A DNA stretch of 64,000 nt from Gnetum montanum (GCA_015680685.1 MNCI01002812.1:121991-185990); one strand, 5' to 3'. Shown: positions 24,436-39,300, counted from the stretch's first letter. A program made the numbers and translations. The notes: generated by a model not told the origin, from the sequence alone.

Positions 24436-27358
24436 TTAGAGAAGATACAATCAAGATAAAAACTCTTGTATATTATGTTTCCTCTGGAATTTTGCAATGT
24501 TGCAATTGGTGCTTGTAGCTTGACAGAAATTTACACATTTGGCCTGTTTTCTTCATTGGTATACTCTAATTACTTTTCTGAGTTTCATGTTCTCATTCTT
24601 TTATTTGATGAACTGCAAAAATCAGGTTATTACCATACCGTTGAGAGTAACAGCAGCGAATACTTCAATGTTGTCAAATCATGTTACAACTAGATTAGAC
24701 AGCTCTCTCTCACTTCCTCTCTTTTAGTGTCACGGATTTATATTATAATCGGAAAAAAATATATTAACTTTGGATCCGTTGGGAGTTGGCCTCTTAACTA
24801 AAAAGAATCAAGAAAAACATATTTTGAAAATTAATTTGGATGTTTTAATTAAAATATTATTTTCTTGATGACGTTTTCAGAACTCTTAGGATGTATATTG
24901 TTACTGCCGAGAATGAAGTTTTCATAAACTTGTTAGGCTGTTTTCTGTTCAACAAGACAAGATTTTCACATAATACAAAGCTTAAAATCATCATGGGTAT
25001 GTACTATAAATTCTTCACCTATTAAGCATGCACGGCATACAAAGCTTTAAATGACCATGCCGAATTACGATTATCAAAGGGAACTGGTTGATACAATTAT
25101 GGGCTTTGATAGCTTTATCCTTGGTATTGGTTTTGATATTAAGCTTCCATTTAGCAGCCATCCATATATATATGTAAAGGGCGTTTTTATCTTGCAAAGC
25201 ATCATTTTTCAAGAATCTAGCCTTTCATTATTTAATTTTCATTAAAGTATTTTATTGGGTATTTATTTTTGGTCACATACTATTTGGATTTAATTTATGA
25301 GATGTAGTTCAAGTGGTTAGCTTTTGCTTGACGAGGATTTGAAATAGATTGTTGGTTTGAGTGACATTTCTAAGATGTTCATGTGGGCATGAATATATTT
25401 CAAGTTGTCATTTCATTCTTTAACAAAGATTTTTAGGTGAGAGGTTACAAGTTTGAATTACACTTTAGGTGTTGTTATGTACTTATAATAGTGTGATTGT
25501 TTGTATTGCATGATACTACTGAAGACTTGAGTGGTCGCAAATTGGAATAAGTGTTATATGTCCAATTTGTGTATCCATGTATGCCCAACTTACTCGATAT
25601 ATGATCTAAGCATCTACTTGTTGGATAGCATCCTTGCATAGCTAAAGCATATGTTTCACTTCATATTCTTGATATAAGATCCATGCATCTATATATTGAA
25701 TAACATCTTTGCATTGTTAAAACATATCCCACACTTGATATAAGATTAGGAAAAAAAACGTAATATTGGTGCATTAATCATAATGAAGGGGGTGTTGGAA
25801 TCTCTTGAGATGTATAATCCAATTAGAACTTGGTAATGTAGCATTGCTCATTAAAATTAAACCGACGCTTTGTTGCATTCAAGTTAAAAGTGTTATTACT
25901 AAGCTAATAGTTCATTGTTTATTAATCACACTCAGCACTAGTTAAAAAGTCATTTTAGAGGGTTCATCACATAAGAAGTAAGGGGTGTTGGAACTCGAAG
26001 TAACTGAAACATAGATACATCCCAAGATTCATAGAAGTTTATAATTTAGTGTTACTTAGTAGAATTATACTTATAGGGTTCCTAGATGAAAACTGTTGAA
26101 CTCTCTAGTACCACTAAAATAATACCTCTTTCTTCATATAAGGAGTAAGATTAGCCATAACCTTAGCATAAACACAAAAGCTCAACCCACAATTTATTAT
26201 GGCGACGGAGGAAAGGTAGATGAAACGATACCTTATTTCCAATTTCCAAGGGGCAACTGCATCAATGGTTAAACAGATGCGGAAACGGGTCGGAAACATG
26301 CAACATTGGAAGTAAAACGGCAGCTTTATTCAAATCCCCGCACCACGGTCCACCACCATCCGGATTTGAAGCAGCAGTAATCATGCATGCAATCAAAAGC
26401 AAAGCTGCGCAAAAAGACGTAGTGTGGTGGAAGTGCCTGCCCTCGGATTTTTCAGGACCATCTCACGATCCCATGTGACAGCGTCTTTTTTAAAATCATA
26501 CGTGTCATTATTTAAAATAAACATGGCGCGCAATGCTTTTGAAGCCGCCGCTTCCCTTTCCAACCCAAAATCGTTCACAGTCGCCTATGGGATGCCTATG
26601 TGAAATGTTTGGTTTTGCGGAGTCACATGCTCTCAATAGATGAAACCCAAAATCGCAGCTGCTTTTCATTCGGGACACGAAAATGCAGTTCCTTAGATGT
26701 CTCTTGATTTTTTGGAAATTAGTTGCTTTTGTGAAGTAGTCTGGAGGGAAATCTTCCATGTACTTACCGCCGTGATATATAGATACATGGATGTTTTATT
26801 TTTTAGAATGAGAAACAACGATTCTAATGGTAGAGCTCGTGCAGCATTTATCCTCTTCTGTAGCCAGGAGCCATTACGATCACGAACGGTTCTGAGTTGA
26901 GCAGAATTATGACTGGTTTTTTCAAATGCGCTAGATCTCTGCACAATCTGGGTCCATTTGCAAAGCAGGATATACGAGTAACGTGGCTTGGAGGACCAGG
27001 TTTTACTGTCGGGATTTACATTTGTCGTCTTTGCTCTGAATTCCTGTGTGGGCAGCACTGCCTGGCCTATGTTATTTTTGAATCGCGATCTAAGAGGAGG
27101 TAAGCATTCTTATGTATATTGATGTTTTGGGCGAAAATTGGTTTTTACTGTGATGATTTGTCATATAGAACAGCAGATTGCTTGTTATCATACGAAATTG
27201 GAAGGTATTAGATGTTCAAAGAATTCCTTCTTACTGCAACCTGAATGTTCTGCTGTCTAAAAATCTCATTTTGCAAGAATCCTGGGAAGTTATCAGAGAA
27301 TATCAACTTCCGTAGTAATCAAAGATTCAATCGTTGAATAGGACTTTAGGTCCAAGCC

Positions 27359-30300
27359 ATGGAGCCGCATTCCTTTTCTTCAAGCTTGGTAATTGGCGTT
27401 GCTGTTGGCCTTGCAGCCGTGCTTTTTGGTTCGGTTATTATCTTTGTTCTTTGTAATTATTACGTAAGAAACAGAACGAAGCGCTGTAAGATGGATGTTA
27501 AACAACCCGAAGAGGTGGATGAACAGTCACAGCAACGTGAGCCAGTTGCAACAGTTTCACTGAGAATAAATGGCCATGATTCATCCACAGAGCTTTCAGA
27601 CAGCTCAGAGAAGCAGGTAACTCCAGTTAGACCTTCGTGGCCAAAGAAATCTAGAACTTTTTTCACACGTTGGGTCAGAAGACCAGAGAAATGTAACCCT
27701 TCAAACAGTTTCAAGACTCCTATGTTTACCTACAGGTAAGTACTTTTTCACCAAATTATCATCGAGCTGTCAGCATAGATTTGTTTCTATGTATGGAAAC
27801 ATTTATTAATATAAAATTACATGTATTGGCTTTCAAGTCTGGTAATTATCCTGTTGAAACCTCCGAACGCTGTAAGAATCATTTGTCATTAGCACCAAAA
27901 CGTTGGCTTTTGCTTTATCTTTTGTAGATTAGTTTGACAAAGCACATGGGAGAAATAACTCCAATTCCAGCATTACGTCGAAAAGTTCTATAAGGTCTAT
28001 CAAACTTAAACCAAAAACTTTATTTGATCCAAAGATCGATCATGATCTATTTCAGAACAGTGTTTTGAGCTTGAACTGTTAAGTACCATTAATCTAGGTT
28101 TTATTTCCACCTGTATATAATTCAAACGCCTTAACCCTTAAGCTATGGTACAACATTGATATCTAAGATCCCAAGAGAATTCTAGCTGTAGCATTTTTTT
28201 CAGTAATGAATTTGCCTTTTTACCCGTGCCGACCAGAGAATAACGAACAAAAGTGTGTAAGCAGTACAGAAGAAAGTGCAGAAGACTTCTTGTGCCAAGT
28301 ATCCAACCGAATGAAGAATCTGCAAAGTTTAATGTGGTCAGAACACAAGAGTATTATGCAAATAAATATCAAGACTAGGTCCTGCTAAAACCAGGAAGAT
28401 GTCTTACTCATTATTTTTTTCATAGCATTTGTTATCCCTTAATCTGCACGTCAATCTGTCACCAAAAGTAACTCTTTGGTAGTTACAAATGATTGTGTTT
28501 GCACAACTTGTAATTTAATTTTATCTGCGCGCGAGTATGGCAGGTGATATGACAGTTTGTGCAGGTTTTTTATTTTTTACATTTGGTTGACGTCAGGGAA
28601 TTGCGAAATGCAACTCATGGTTTCAAAACTTTAATTGGATCCGGAGCATCCGGAAAAGTTTACAAAGGGACATTGCGGTCTGGACAAATAATTGCAATAA
28701 AAAAGCTGAATCGAATAGCTGGCCAAAGCAACAAAGAATTCCAGACACAGGTGGGATAACAGATTTTGTGAAAGTTTTGGTTCTATTCACTAATTAGCAT
28801 AGCTGAAAACTGTTCTGTTCTGTAAAGGAGTATTATATATATTGAGAACACATTGGAAAAACAATATTGCTTGAAATATTATATCCTACAGCTTTGCATG
28901 TGATTAAAACTTGGATATATTGGTGCCCTTATGTAACATGAATAGAATCTATAATGTCACATTTGCAATGCTTTATTTTGAGTGAAATATGAGCTCAGAT
29001 TTCTGAAATTCAAGTTAGGAGCGATACTACTTACTTTCTGGCTATTTGACATCGTAGCTGTTTTAAAGTGGTGAATATTTTGGTTCCTAATGTTTCGTTA
29101 TATGTAATGTCATGCATTTTTACCTGGTTAAGGGGAATGCCTAGTTTTAAGCGGTTGGAACTACTTCCAGAGAGAAGCAACGCAGATATGTTAAAGGACA
29201 GTTGTCGGTGCATTTTTTAGGGCAAAAGTAACACCTAGGGAAAATCGCTACCGTATGGATGTGACCTTGAGATGACTGTCATAGACGAGTTTGGATTTCG
29301 ATGGTGTGATATATGCTTCTCAAATGAGCCAAGTAGACAAAAAAATTAGTAAACGAATTAACGCCTTTATCACAAAGGGAAAGGTCATTAGAGAAGGACA
29401 GTTTAGAAAAGCATGAGTTCCAATTCATAAATATGTACATAGAAGGCTGGGAGAAAGTGCAGTCATTATGAGAGATCATGCTTTGGGTTTTACTTCTCAT
29501 GTTTTATTCAGGAGATAATTATTCCCAGGAAAATTGAGATTCAAAATATAAAAGTACCGAGGTTTTCCAGCCCTTTCTATAAAGTTTCTTCTTGTTTAAT
29601 CATTGAAAAGCATACAGGGAAGGAGTGCCAATGATATGACAACGTGGCGGTAATACAAAGTATAAGATACTTGTTCAAACCTATTAAAAAAAAAAACCTC
29701 AAAAACCGATCCTAGATGGAATCCTCTCGATTTCACAAACTGAAAATCAGAAAGAAGCCTTCAATGTATAGCATAATTTACAATTTGCAAGGAAAAAAGG
29801 ATGACACCAATGAGTATTTAGGATAATTCAAGTTAACAATTATTTCTTTTCCCCTAAGATGGGGTCATGGAGAAATGCCTCTAATCAAAAGGATCAAAGA
29901 TATACAGCACAGATAAATTGAGCACCAAGATATAGGAAAAAGTAATTGCTTTATGACGCAAAAAGATGAAAAACTGAGGATGTTACTTGGGAATTAATTG
30001 TTGCTGGATAAATGTTAAAAAAACTTGTGAAGTCTTATGTGACATAAAACTCTACTTCGCGCATCATTAACATCCTCCATACGTCAATAAGTACTTCCTA
30101 GTATTTAATAAAGAAGGCTCTTTCTATATCTGCTTTTCCCAGTATTCAATATGTTTCTATTATTTTTCAGCAAGATAATGTTCCAGCTATATCTGTATGT
30201 TTGATTTCCAAAGATGAACTATGTATTTTGACTGCTTGCTTAGGTGAAATAGCAAATGCCACAATTGTCAGTGCATTCCTAGATGTAGTAACATAAGATG

Positions 30301-33300
30301 TTAGATAACCAACGCAAACTTTTGGCTCTAGGCTACTACAAATGCAAAATAGGCCTCTAGATCCACATTGTTGATCACTTTTCTTACCATTATAGCTTCC
30401 TAAAGCTTATTCGTGCAATAGAATGAAGTGCATGCCTTAAAATGAGATAGAACCTTTCAGGATGTATGCATGCAAGCAGATATAAAAAAGAGCATTATGA
30501 ATTTTGTCTTGTCTTAATCTGATTAAAGTGCATCTTAGAATATTGTATAAAGTTGAAACCACCTTTTTTCTTTAACTACTTTGATATCTTTATTTGTATG
30601 AAATTTACATTTTACAGTGAGATGTTAATTGCCACATGTCATGAAAATTGCCATTCTTGTTATGCATGATGGAATTTAACATAAGGAAAATATAATTTCA
30701 TATTAAAATTTTGATTGACTTGACTGATGTATCAATTTTCTGAAGGTAATGTTGTTGGAGAGATTGCATCATAGAAATTTAGTGAACCTGGTGGGCTACT
30801 GCATCAATAAACCTGGCTGCAACTTGTTAGCCTATGAGTATATGACAAGTGGAAGCCTCTTCACTTGGCTACATGGTAAAAGCATGGTCTTTTAGCTATT
30901 TACTTCTCATGCTTTGTTGTGAAATGTCTCAGAAGAAAGCTTGCAGCAGGATTGTTTTACCTTGCTTAATAAAGTTCCACTAGACTTTGCTTTGTAGGTC
31001 AAAGCCAACAACCTACTTGGCAGCAAAGAGTGACTATTGCTCAGGACGTGGCCAGGGGTATTGAATATCTTCACAAAGGGGTATGAAAATCCATTTGCAG
31101 AGGCATAATATGTATTAGCATTTAAATTACAGTGAACGGTTCGATGGTAAAAATTCACATAAACAATTTTGTGATTACTGTGATTTAAATGAAACTTCAC
31201 TGTCTCTCCATTTTTAAGACTACAGGCAATTTCTCCAGTTATTCATCGAGATATCAAATCTTCAAATATATTACTGGATGCTTCAATGACTGCAAGGGTA
31301 AGTTCCATGCAATGGCTTGGTTAGATAACTTCTTTATTTCTTGAACCTCATTATTTTTTGGTTTTAGAGATGAAAAGAAAAGTTTAGTAATGGCACCATA
31401 AGATTTGACACAACTAAAACGATCTCAAACTACCAATCCATTTCAAACCTGGGAAATAAAAACTTCTTGTAAGATCAAACACTTAGGCAGTATTTTCCCA
31501 TTTTTTTTCATAATTTTTATTGTTCATCACCATACTCCATCTAGATTACTTTTCAAAAGTTCAACGATTTCTTTCTTTCCAAAGTTCAAATATCACATAT
31601 GCTAGCAAAGCACTTCAAATTTTATTGGTTCACTGAAACACAATGTATTTAATTATGTCCATTGATATTCTCTAGATTCGTTGGACTGTACCAGTATCAT
31701 TAGTATAGCTATATATTTATGATATATATCTATTATTTGGCTGAGAGGATCTTTTATATTTTTCAAATTAATAAAATCTCAAATTGTTTGACTTAGAATT
31801 GATTTTCACATTGAAAACAAAAATCAAAACTAATGTACATTATCTAAAATAATAATTCATGAAAAAAGTTATCTCTTAGTCAAGCATCATGATGATAATT
31901 ATGTATTTACATTGACAAAGTCCAATTGGTTGGCAATTGGCCCTCACTATTACAATGATAAAATTTTTAAATTATTTCATAGTGACCGAAGAGGAGTCTA
32001 TTAGACGAGGCTGGTAATTGGCCTCTCAGTGAAAATAAATTCATTTTACAGAATTGAACTTATGTTCTGGGCTTTCCATGTTTAGAGTCTTACAACTAGG
32101 CTAACACTGTTGGAAACATGAAGCCAAGTACATTAATTGTTGTATTTTCTTTTATGTTGCATTTGATGTGGGGATGTATTTTATCCCACATGTATTAGGA
32201 TTGGGGTTTGGGCTTCATGTTTCTTCATAAATAGAAGGCTTGGGGTAGCCTTTAGTGTGTGCTTAAAAGTGAAAGCATTGTATCAAGGTTTTACCTTGGA
32301 GACGTGAGTCTTGTTGGTGTTGATCTAAGATTTATTGGAATAACAGATTGTGTGTTTGAAAAGTTGCAAGGACGGCTTGTGTCCTTAAGATTTGAGAAGA
32401 ATAGAAAGCAGATCAGCATTGTTGTGGAAGTAGGGTAAAAGGGGCCCGAATCACATAACTCTCTGTGTTCTTGTGCTATTTCCTTTTTACTATTTTCATT
32501 CTATTATGACAGCAAATGTTTGCTAGAGTTTGGAATGTTTTGAGAGTGGTTTATAGTGTTTCTTACAGTGCAATATTTTGCCTCTAATGATTTATTCAGA
32601 TCTGTAGGGTTTTTAATAATTTCTCTAGAGCATTTGTAGTGTGTTTTCAGATCTGTGTTTTTAGATCTAATTGTTTTCAGATCTGATCATAACAACTGGT
32701 ATCGAAGCAAGGTTTAAAAAGATGGAGAGGCTGCAAACAACGAAAAGATTGGTAGGAAGGAACTGGAACGTTTGGAGCATTTTGATGAAGGCTATTTTAG
32801 CACAAAAGGATTGCCAAGAGGCCCTAGATCCCTCTCAACCAGCAGGAATGTCAACTGCTGATTGGAGGAAAATTAAGACTAGGGCATTGTCTTTCATTCA
32901 TCCTACCCTAAGCAATGGGATTTTGGCCTCAATCAAATCAGATATGGATCCGCATGATCTGTGGCAAACGCTGAAGAATAGGTTTGACAAAGTATCAGGT
33001 TTGAATACCTTTCACATTTATTAGAAAGTTTTTAGATGCAAGAAGAGATTTGATGCGCCTTTTCAAGATCATTTGGATGAGATGATGGGAAATCTGAATA
33101 AGTTGGAGGAATATAAAATTGTTATTCTAGATCTAGTTAAATCCTATGCTTTGTTAGACTCCTTACCTGATTCCTGGTCTGCAATTGTGACATCTATTAC
33201 TACTTCTATGAGTGTTTCATCTATGACATTTGAACAGGTTGTGTCTACCCTTCAAGATTTAGAAGTAAGAGTAGATGAATCTTTTAGATTTGGAAATGTT

Positions 33301-36300
33301 CATGTAGCAGAGGAAAGAGGTAGAAGTAGGAGACGTTTCCCAAGTAGGGGGAGAAGCACGGACAGAGGAGTATCACATGGCAGAACTCAAACTTAAGAAT
33401 GCTGGTACTGTAAGAAGAAAGGTCATTTGAAGAAGGATTGCTTTGCATGGAAAGCACAGAAAAATAAAGGAAAAGGAAAGGAGAAGAAGTCAGAAGAAGG
33501 AACATTAGAGATACATGTAGCTGATGAAAACATCAGTTTTCTGATTCAAGAACAATGTACAATGGTGGCAGATGGATGTAGCAGTGACATCTGGTTGATT
33601 GACTCAGGTGCCTCCTTTCATATTTGTCCAGATAAGTCTTGTTTTGCATCTTATCATAAAGTTGAATCTAGTTTTGTATATGCTGCTAATGGAAAAGCTT
33701 TAAAAGTTCTTGGAATTGGAAGTATAAGTTTGCAACAAGCAGGGATGCCAAAGGTGACAATAGATAACGTTAGACATGTTCCTGAAGTTACAAAGAAGTT
33801 GATTTCAGTTCCACAGCTGGATGATTCAGGTCTGAATTTCAGTAGTGGAGGTGGGCATTGGAGGATTTCCAAGGGAATCATGACCATTCTGAAAGGAAAG
33901 AAGGAGGGCAGCTTATATACATTGATGGCAGATTCATGCAACTCTATTGCAACAGTTTCTGATACAGAAAATTCTGAAGTATGGCATAGACGTCTTGGAC
34001 ACATTGGCTGGTCAAGCTTAAAGGTACTTCAAAATCAGACTCTCATTCCTGTATTTTCTTATGCTCAAACTGATTGCAAAGACTGTTTAGTTGGAAAATC
34101 TAGGAGAGTAAACTTTCGTAGGGATTTGGACAGCAGAAAGAAAAATATGTTAGAATTGGTTTATTCTGATGTTTGTGGTCCTATGAATCCCATTTCTCTT
34201 GGTGGATCTATTTATTTTGTAACTTTCATAGATGATTGTACAAGGAAGGTTTGGGTTTATATGCTGAAATCAAAAGATGAAGTGTTTTCAGTTTTCAAAA
34301 CATTTGTTGCAAGAGTAGAAAATGAAACAGGTCTGAAAATAAAATGTTTGCAAACTGATAATGGTGGGGAGTACACTTCTAAAGTATTTGCTGATTTTTG
34401 CAACATCAAAGGAATTAGGCACATTCGTACCCCTCCTGGTACACCACAGGAAAATGGAGTTGCTGAAAGATGCAACAGAACATTGCTGGATCGTGCTAGA
34501 ACAATGGTTTCAGGTGCAGGCCTACCTAAGACATTTTGGGGAGAGGCAGTTATGACTGCTGCATATTTGGTGAACAGGTCTCCACATTCTTCAATTGATA
34601 ATGCTATTCCAGAAGTTGTTTGGAAAGGTAAAAACGTTTCATACAGTCATTTAAGAGTTTTTGGATGTGAGGCATTTATGCATATTCCAAAGGAAAACAG
34701 AACTAAGATGGAAGACAGGGCTAAAAGTTGCATATTTGTTGGATATGGAGAAGATGAGTTAGGATTCAGACTTTGGGATCCTGAATTGAAACGTGTAGTG
34801 AGATCAAGGGACGTTAAATTCAGAGAAAATGTGATGTTTAGTGAGCTGCAAAAGAAAGACAAGGACAGAAATGGCTCAGAAAGCATAAGGACTCCTCTTA
34901 GCGTGACTGAAGAAATTGAAAATGATGAAACTCATGGATTTTCCAGATCTGGAAACGTTGGACAACATGCTGAAAGTACTTGGCAGCAAGCTGAGAACTT
35001 AGGACAGCAAGGAGAAAATGCAGGACAGCAAGAAAATGAGGTAGAAGATGATGAACAAGAAGCTACAGATGTGTCTCATTGGGTTAGAAGGTCAACCAGA
35101 ACTACCAAACCTCCTGACAGGTACTCTCCCTCATTGAATTATGTACTTTACAGCGATAATGGTGAACCAGAAACAGTGAAGGAAGCCATGACATGTGTTG
35201 ATGCCACAAAGTGGAAGGCAGCTATGAATGATGAATGGGAATCACTCCAACAGAACAAAACCTGGGAGCTAGTTCAGTTGCCAAAAGGGAGAAAACCCTT
35301 GGAGTGCAGGTGGCTATACAGAATTAAATCAGAGGCAAATGGGGAAAAACGTTTCAAGGCTAGGTTGGTGGTGAAAGGCTATGCACAGAAACCAGGTATT
35401 GACTTTCAAGAAATTTTTTCTCCAGTGGTAAAACACTCTTCTATACGTTTAGTGCTATCATTGGTGGCCTGCATGGACTTAGAGTTGGAACAACTTGATA
35501 TAAAAACAGCATTCCTCCATGGAGATTTGGAGGAGGAAATTTACATGAAACAGCCAGAAGGGTATGAAGAACAACAAGGTTCAGGTCTGGTTTGTAGACT
35601 GAAAAAGAGTTTATATGGTTTGAAACAAGCCCCTAGGCAGTGGTATAAAAGGTTTGATACTTTCATGAAGAAGCTATCTTATCAGAAAAACAACCTAGAC
35701 CACTGTGTGTATTTTTCTGGAGATATTTCAGGTAAATTTACAGTGTTGTTGTTGTATGTTGATGATATGCTAATTGCTGGAAATGATATAGCAGAGATAA
35801 AACATTTAAAATTGGAAATGGGCAAAGAATTTGCTATGAAAGATTTGGGACAGGCAAAGAAAATTCTTGGTATGAATATTTACAGGGACAGAAAAAGGAA
35901 GAAGCTGTGGTTGAGTCAGGAAGACTACATTGGAAAGGTTCTAAAGCATTTCAACATGGAGGATGCAAAACCTGTAAGTACACCTTTTTCAGCACAATTT
36001 AATTTATCAAAGAAGGACTGTCCACAGTCAAAAGAGGATTTTGAAAAGGTGAAAAATATCCCATATACTTCTGCTGTTGGGTCATTGATGTATGCCATGG
36101 TTTGTACACGTCCTGATATTGCTTATGCTGTTGGAGTAGTTAGTAGATTTATGACCAACTATGGGTGGAATCACTGGTTAGCTGTCAAATGGATTTTAAA
36201 ATATTTAAAAGGCACAAAAGCGCATTGCTTATGTTTTGGAGATGCTAATCTGCACATTGAAGGCTTTGTAGATGCAAACTTTGTTCCTGATCATGATACA

Positions 36301-39300
36301 AGACGATCTTCTACAGGGTACACATTTATTTTTGGTGGTGCAGCAGTGAGTTGGTTGTCATGTCTACAACCACTCGTAACTTTATCTACAACTGAATCAG
36401 AGTACGTAGCCCTCATAGAAGCATGCAAGGAGATGTTATGGATGAAGAGATTTTTGCAGTCTCTTGGATTAAAACAACAAAGGTATGCTGTGTTTTGTGA
36501 TAGTTTGAGTGCAATCCATCTTGCAAAGAATTCTGCCTTTCATGCCAGGACATATAGATGTCCGATTCCACTTCATAAGAGAAATCATAGAGGATGGCTT
36601 GGTGCATGTTCAAAAGGTCCATACAAAGCTCAATGTTGCTGATGCTTTAACAAAACCAGTGATAGCTGAAAAACACATTTTCTGTAGGAAGAAGCTTGGG
36701 ATAACTGAAGCTTAATCAGAAGTGCACATCTCTTAAAGGCTGGTTGGATTTGTCTTCAAGGGGGAGTTTGTTGGAAAAATGAAGACAAATACATTAATTG
36801 TTGTATTTCCTTTTATGTTGCATTTGATGTGGGGAGGTGTTTTATCCCACATGTATTAGGATTGGGGTTTGGTCCTCATGTTTCTTCATAAATAGAAGGC
36901 TTGGGGTAGCCTTTAGTGTGTGCTTCAAAGTGAAAGCATTGTATCAAGGTTTTACCTTGGAGACGTGAGTCTTGTTGGTGTTGATCTGAGATCTGTTGGA
37001 ATAACAGATTGTGTGTTTGAAAAGTTGCAAGGACGGCTTGTGTCCTTAAGATTTGAGAAGAATAGAAGACAGATCAGCATTGTTGTGGAAGTAGGGTAAA
37101 AGGGGCCCGAATCACGTAACTCTTTGTGTTCTTGTGCTATTTCCTTTTTATTGTTTTCATTCTGTTATCACAGCAAATGTTTGCTAGAGTTTGGAATGTT
37201 TTGAGAGTGTTTTATAGTGTTTCTTACAGTGCAATATTTTGCCTCTAATGATTTATTTAGATCTGTAGGCTTTTTAATAATTTCTTTAGAGCATTTGTAG
37301 TGTGTTTTCAGATCTGTGTTTTTCAGATCTGTGTTTTCAGATCTAATTGTTTTCAGATCTGATCATAACAAACACCTCATTGTTCTACTCTGTTCCACTG
37401 ATCCATGTCTAGGCTGTTGCCAAATTTTGTAAAGAATTTAACATTATGAAATGTTTTGCCTAAACTATATTCCAACTAAGAGTAATTGCAAGGCAATTTC
37501 TTAGAGATATGATTGTTAGCCTTAGAAGCATTCTTATAGAAGCAACAATTGCTAATCATTGGTCATCCTTGTTAAATTGAGTTATTTATTATTAAAATCT
37601 TTTTCTTTTTGCATTGTTTGAAAAATACATGAACTTTAAGGAGGCTCACTACCTTTTAATAAATAGCTTCCTTATCTATTTGCTTTATCTAAAACTTGGT
37701 ACAAGTGCTTGTTTTTCTATAATCAATGGTCAACATCGTTAGATTTTATACAGTGATTTTTTGTTATGTACGCACTATTTCTAGTCCTTTCCATAATGCC
37801 AAAGCACTAATAACATGCTAACCTTGTAAAAATTCTTTGTTTGGTTAAATATTTTATTGTTATGACTTTAGCCAATCTCACATCCTTATTCTCAATCCTC
37901 ATGCCAACATTACTAGAAGAACCATGTTCAAATATTTTTCAACAAAGAAAAGATATTTAAGTTTAAACCCACTACATGTCGATGAGTAAAAATTTGTATG
38001 CTAGTGTAATAGGTGCATTTCTTTCACCTTCATAATCTTGCAAAAGAAAATCACATTCTAATTTCTCTTGTCTCTTAACTCCTTGGTCGGTGTCCATAAG
38101 CTTTATTTTTTTAACAAGTAAAAAGATACTAAGGTGAGATGATCAAGAAATAAATTAAAGTTTTAGAACAATCAGATTGTTCTGGGGATCTTGACAAATA
38201 GCAAAGTGAGATGATCAAATATTTGAAAAAATATAGTAGTCATATCAAAGTACCCATCTAATCCAATCCTTGGTGATGAGCGGTGAGGTACCCTTACACT
38301 CAACTATACGAATACGAGCATTCATGTGGGATCCGGTCGAACTCCAAGGACTAAGTGCTTATGCGCCTTCATAGAACAAGGATGGGTTAGGCAATCGTTG
38401 TCTTCCTAAGCTTACTTGTATGGCACTATTGTATGGTTAAGTAAACTTGAGGTATGTGATTTTTATGGTTTTTTATGTTTTATGTTCCTGGTGCTTAAAA
38501 TGGAGAAATGAAATAATTAAATAACTAATTTAATTTAACTAATCAACTAGGCCCTAGCTAGTCCTAACACGAGCATCCGTTCTCACTCTCCGTATACATC
38601 CTGAACCAGTGTAACACCACTGGGATTACCAAATGCTAGTCGTTACTGGGTTACCAAGTGTTCGATGTAGGCTCGAAGTGGTCGTATTGAGTGTGCTTAC
38701 TATTGAAAATTAACAAATCAATAAAAACAACCAATTAATTAATGAAAGCATCAAATAACTGTAAATAACATTAAATGCAATAAATAAGCTATTCTGAATG
38801 TTGCAAGGTTTATCACAAAGTTCGTCTTTATTTCCAAACACAAGGTGTGCTCAGGTACACAATGCTCGAATAAGGATCCGTTCACTTTATGACTCCTACT
38901 GTAGACACTTAGAAATAATTCTAACTTTGGAAAGGGAAAATTGCAAGAGTTCGGGTAAGGGACTACGAAACTACTTCCGAAACCAAGTGCCCCGGTCTCT
39001 TATTTATAGGCAACGAGATAGGTTCTGATATCGGGTGTCCGATATCGTTTGTCGGGCTCCGATATTGCAGACCCGATATCGTGGATGCGATATTGCGACT
39101 CATCACTTGGAAATGAAAATACTAAGATATGATAGTTCCAATGTATACTAGACACATGTGTGAGCTCTTGCCAAAATGAATGGGCAATAAGGCATCAAAA
39201 CAAATAATGATCAATGGGCTTAGATTGTGCCCTACACTTTATACAAAGCATAATTTTCCATACAGACATTTTGACATAAAACATTACACTTTGGAAACAT

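Larger units (their letters stand above)
32108..37370 (+). mobile_element. Full-length Ty1/Copia (Tnt1-like) LTR retrotransposon in kinase intron 5, TSD AACAC
   Basis: LTRs 32108-32694 and 36769-37370 (TG..CA); AACAC at 32103-32107 and 37371-37375; PBS TGGTATCGAAGC near 32697; PPT AAGGGGGAG near 36758. Confidence 0.97.
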
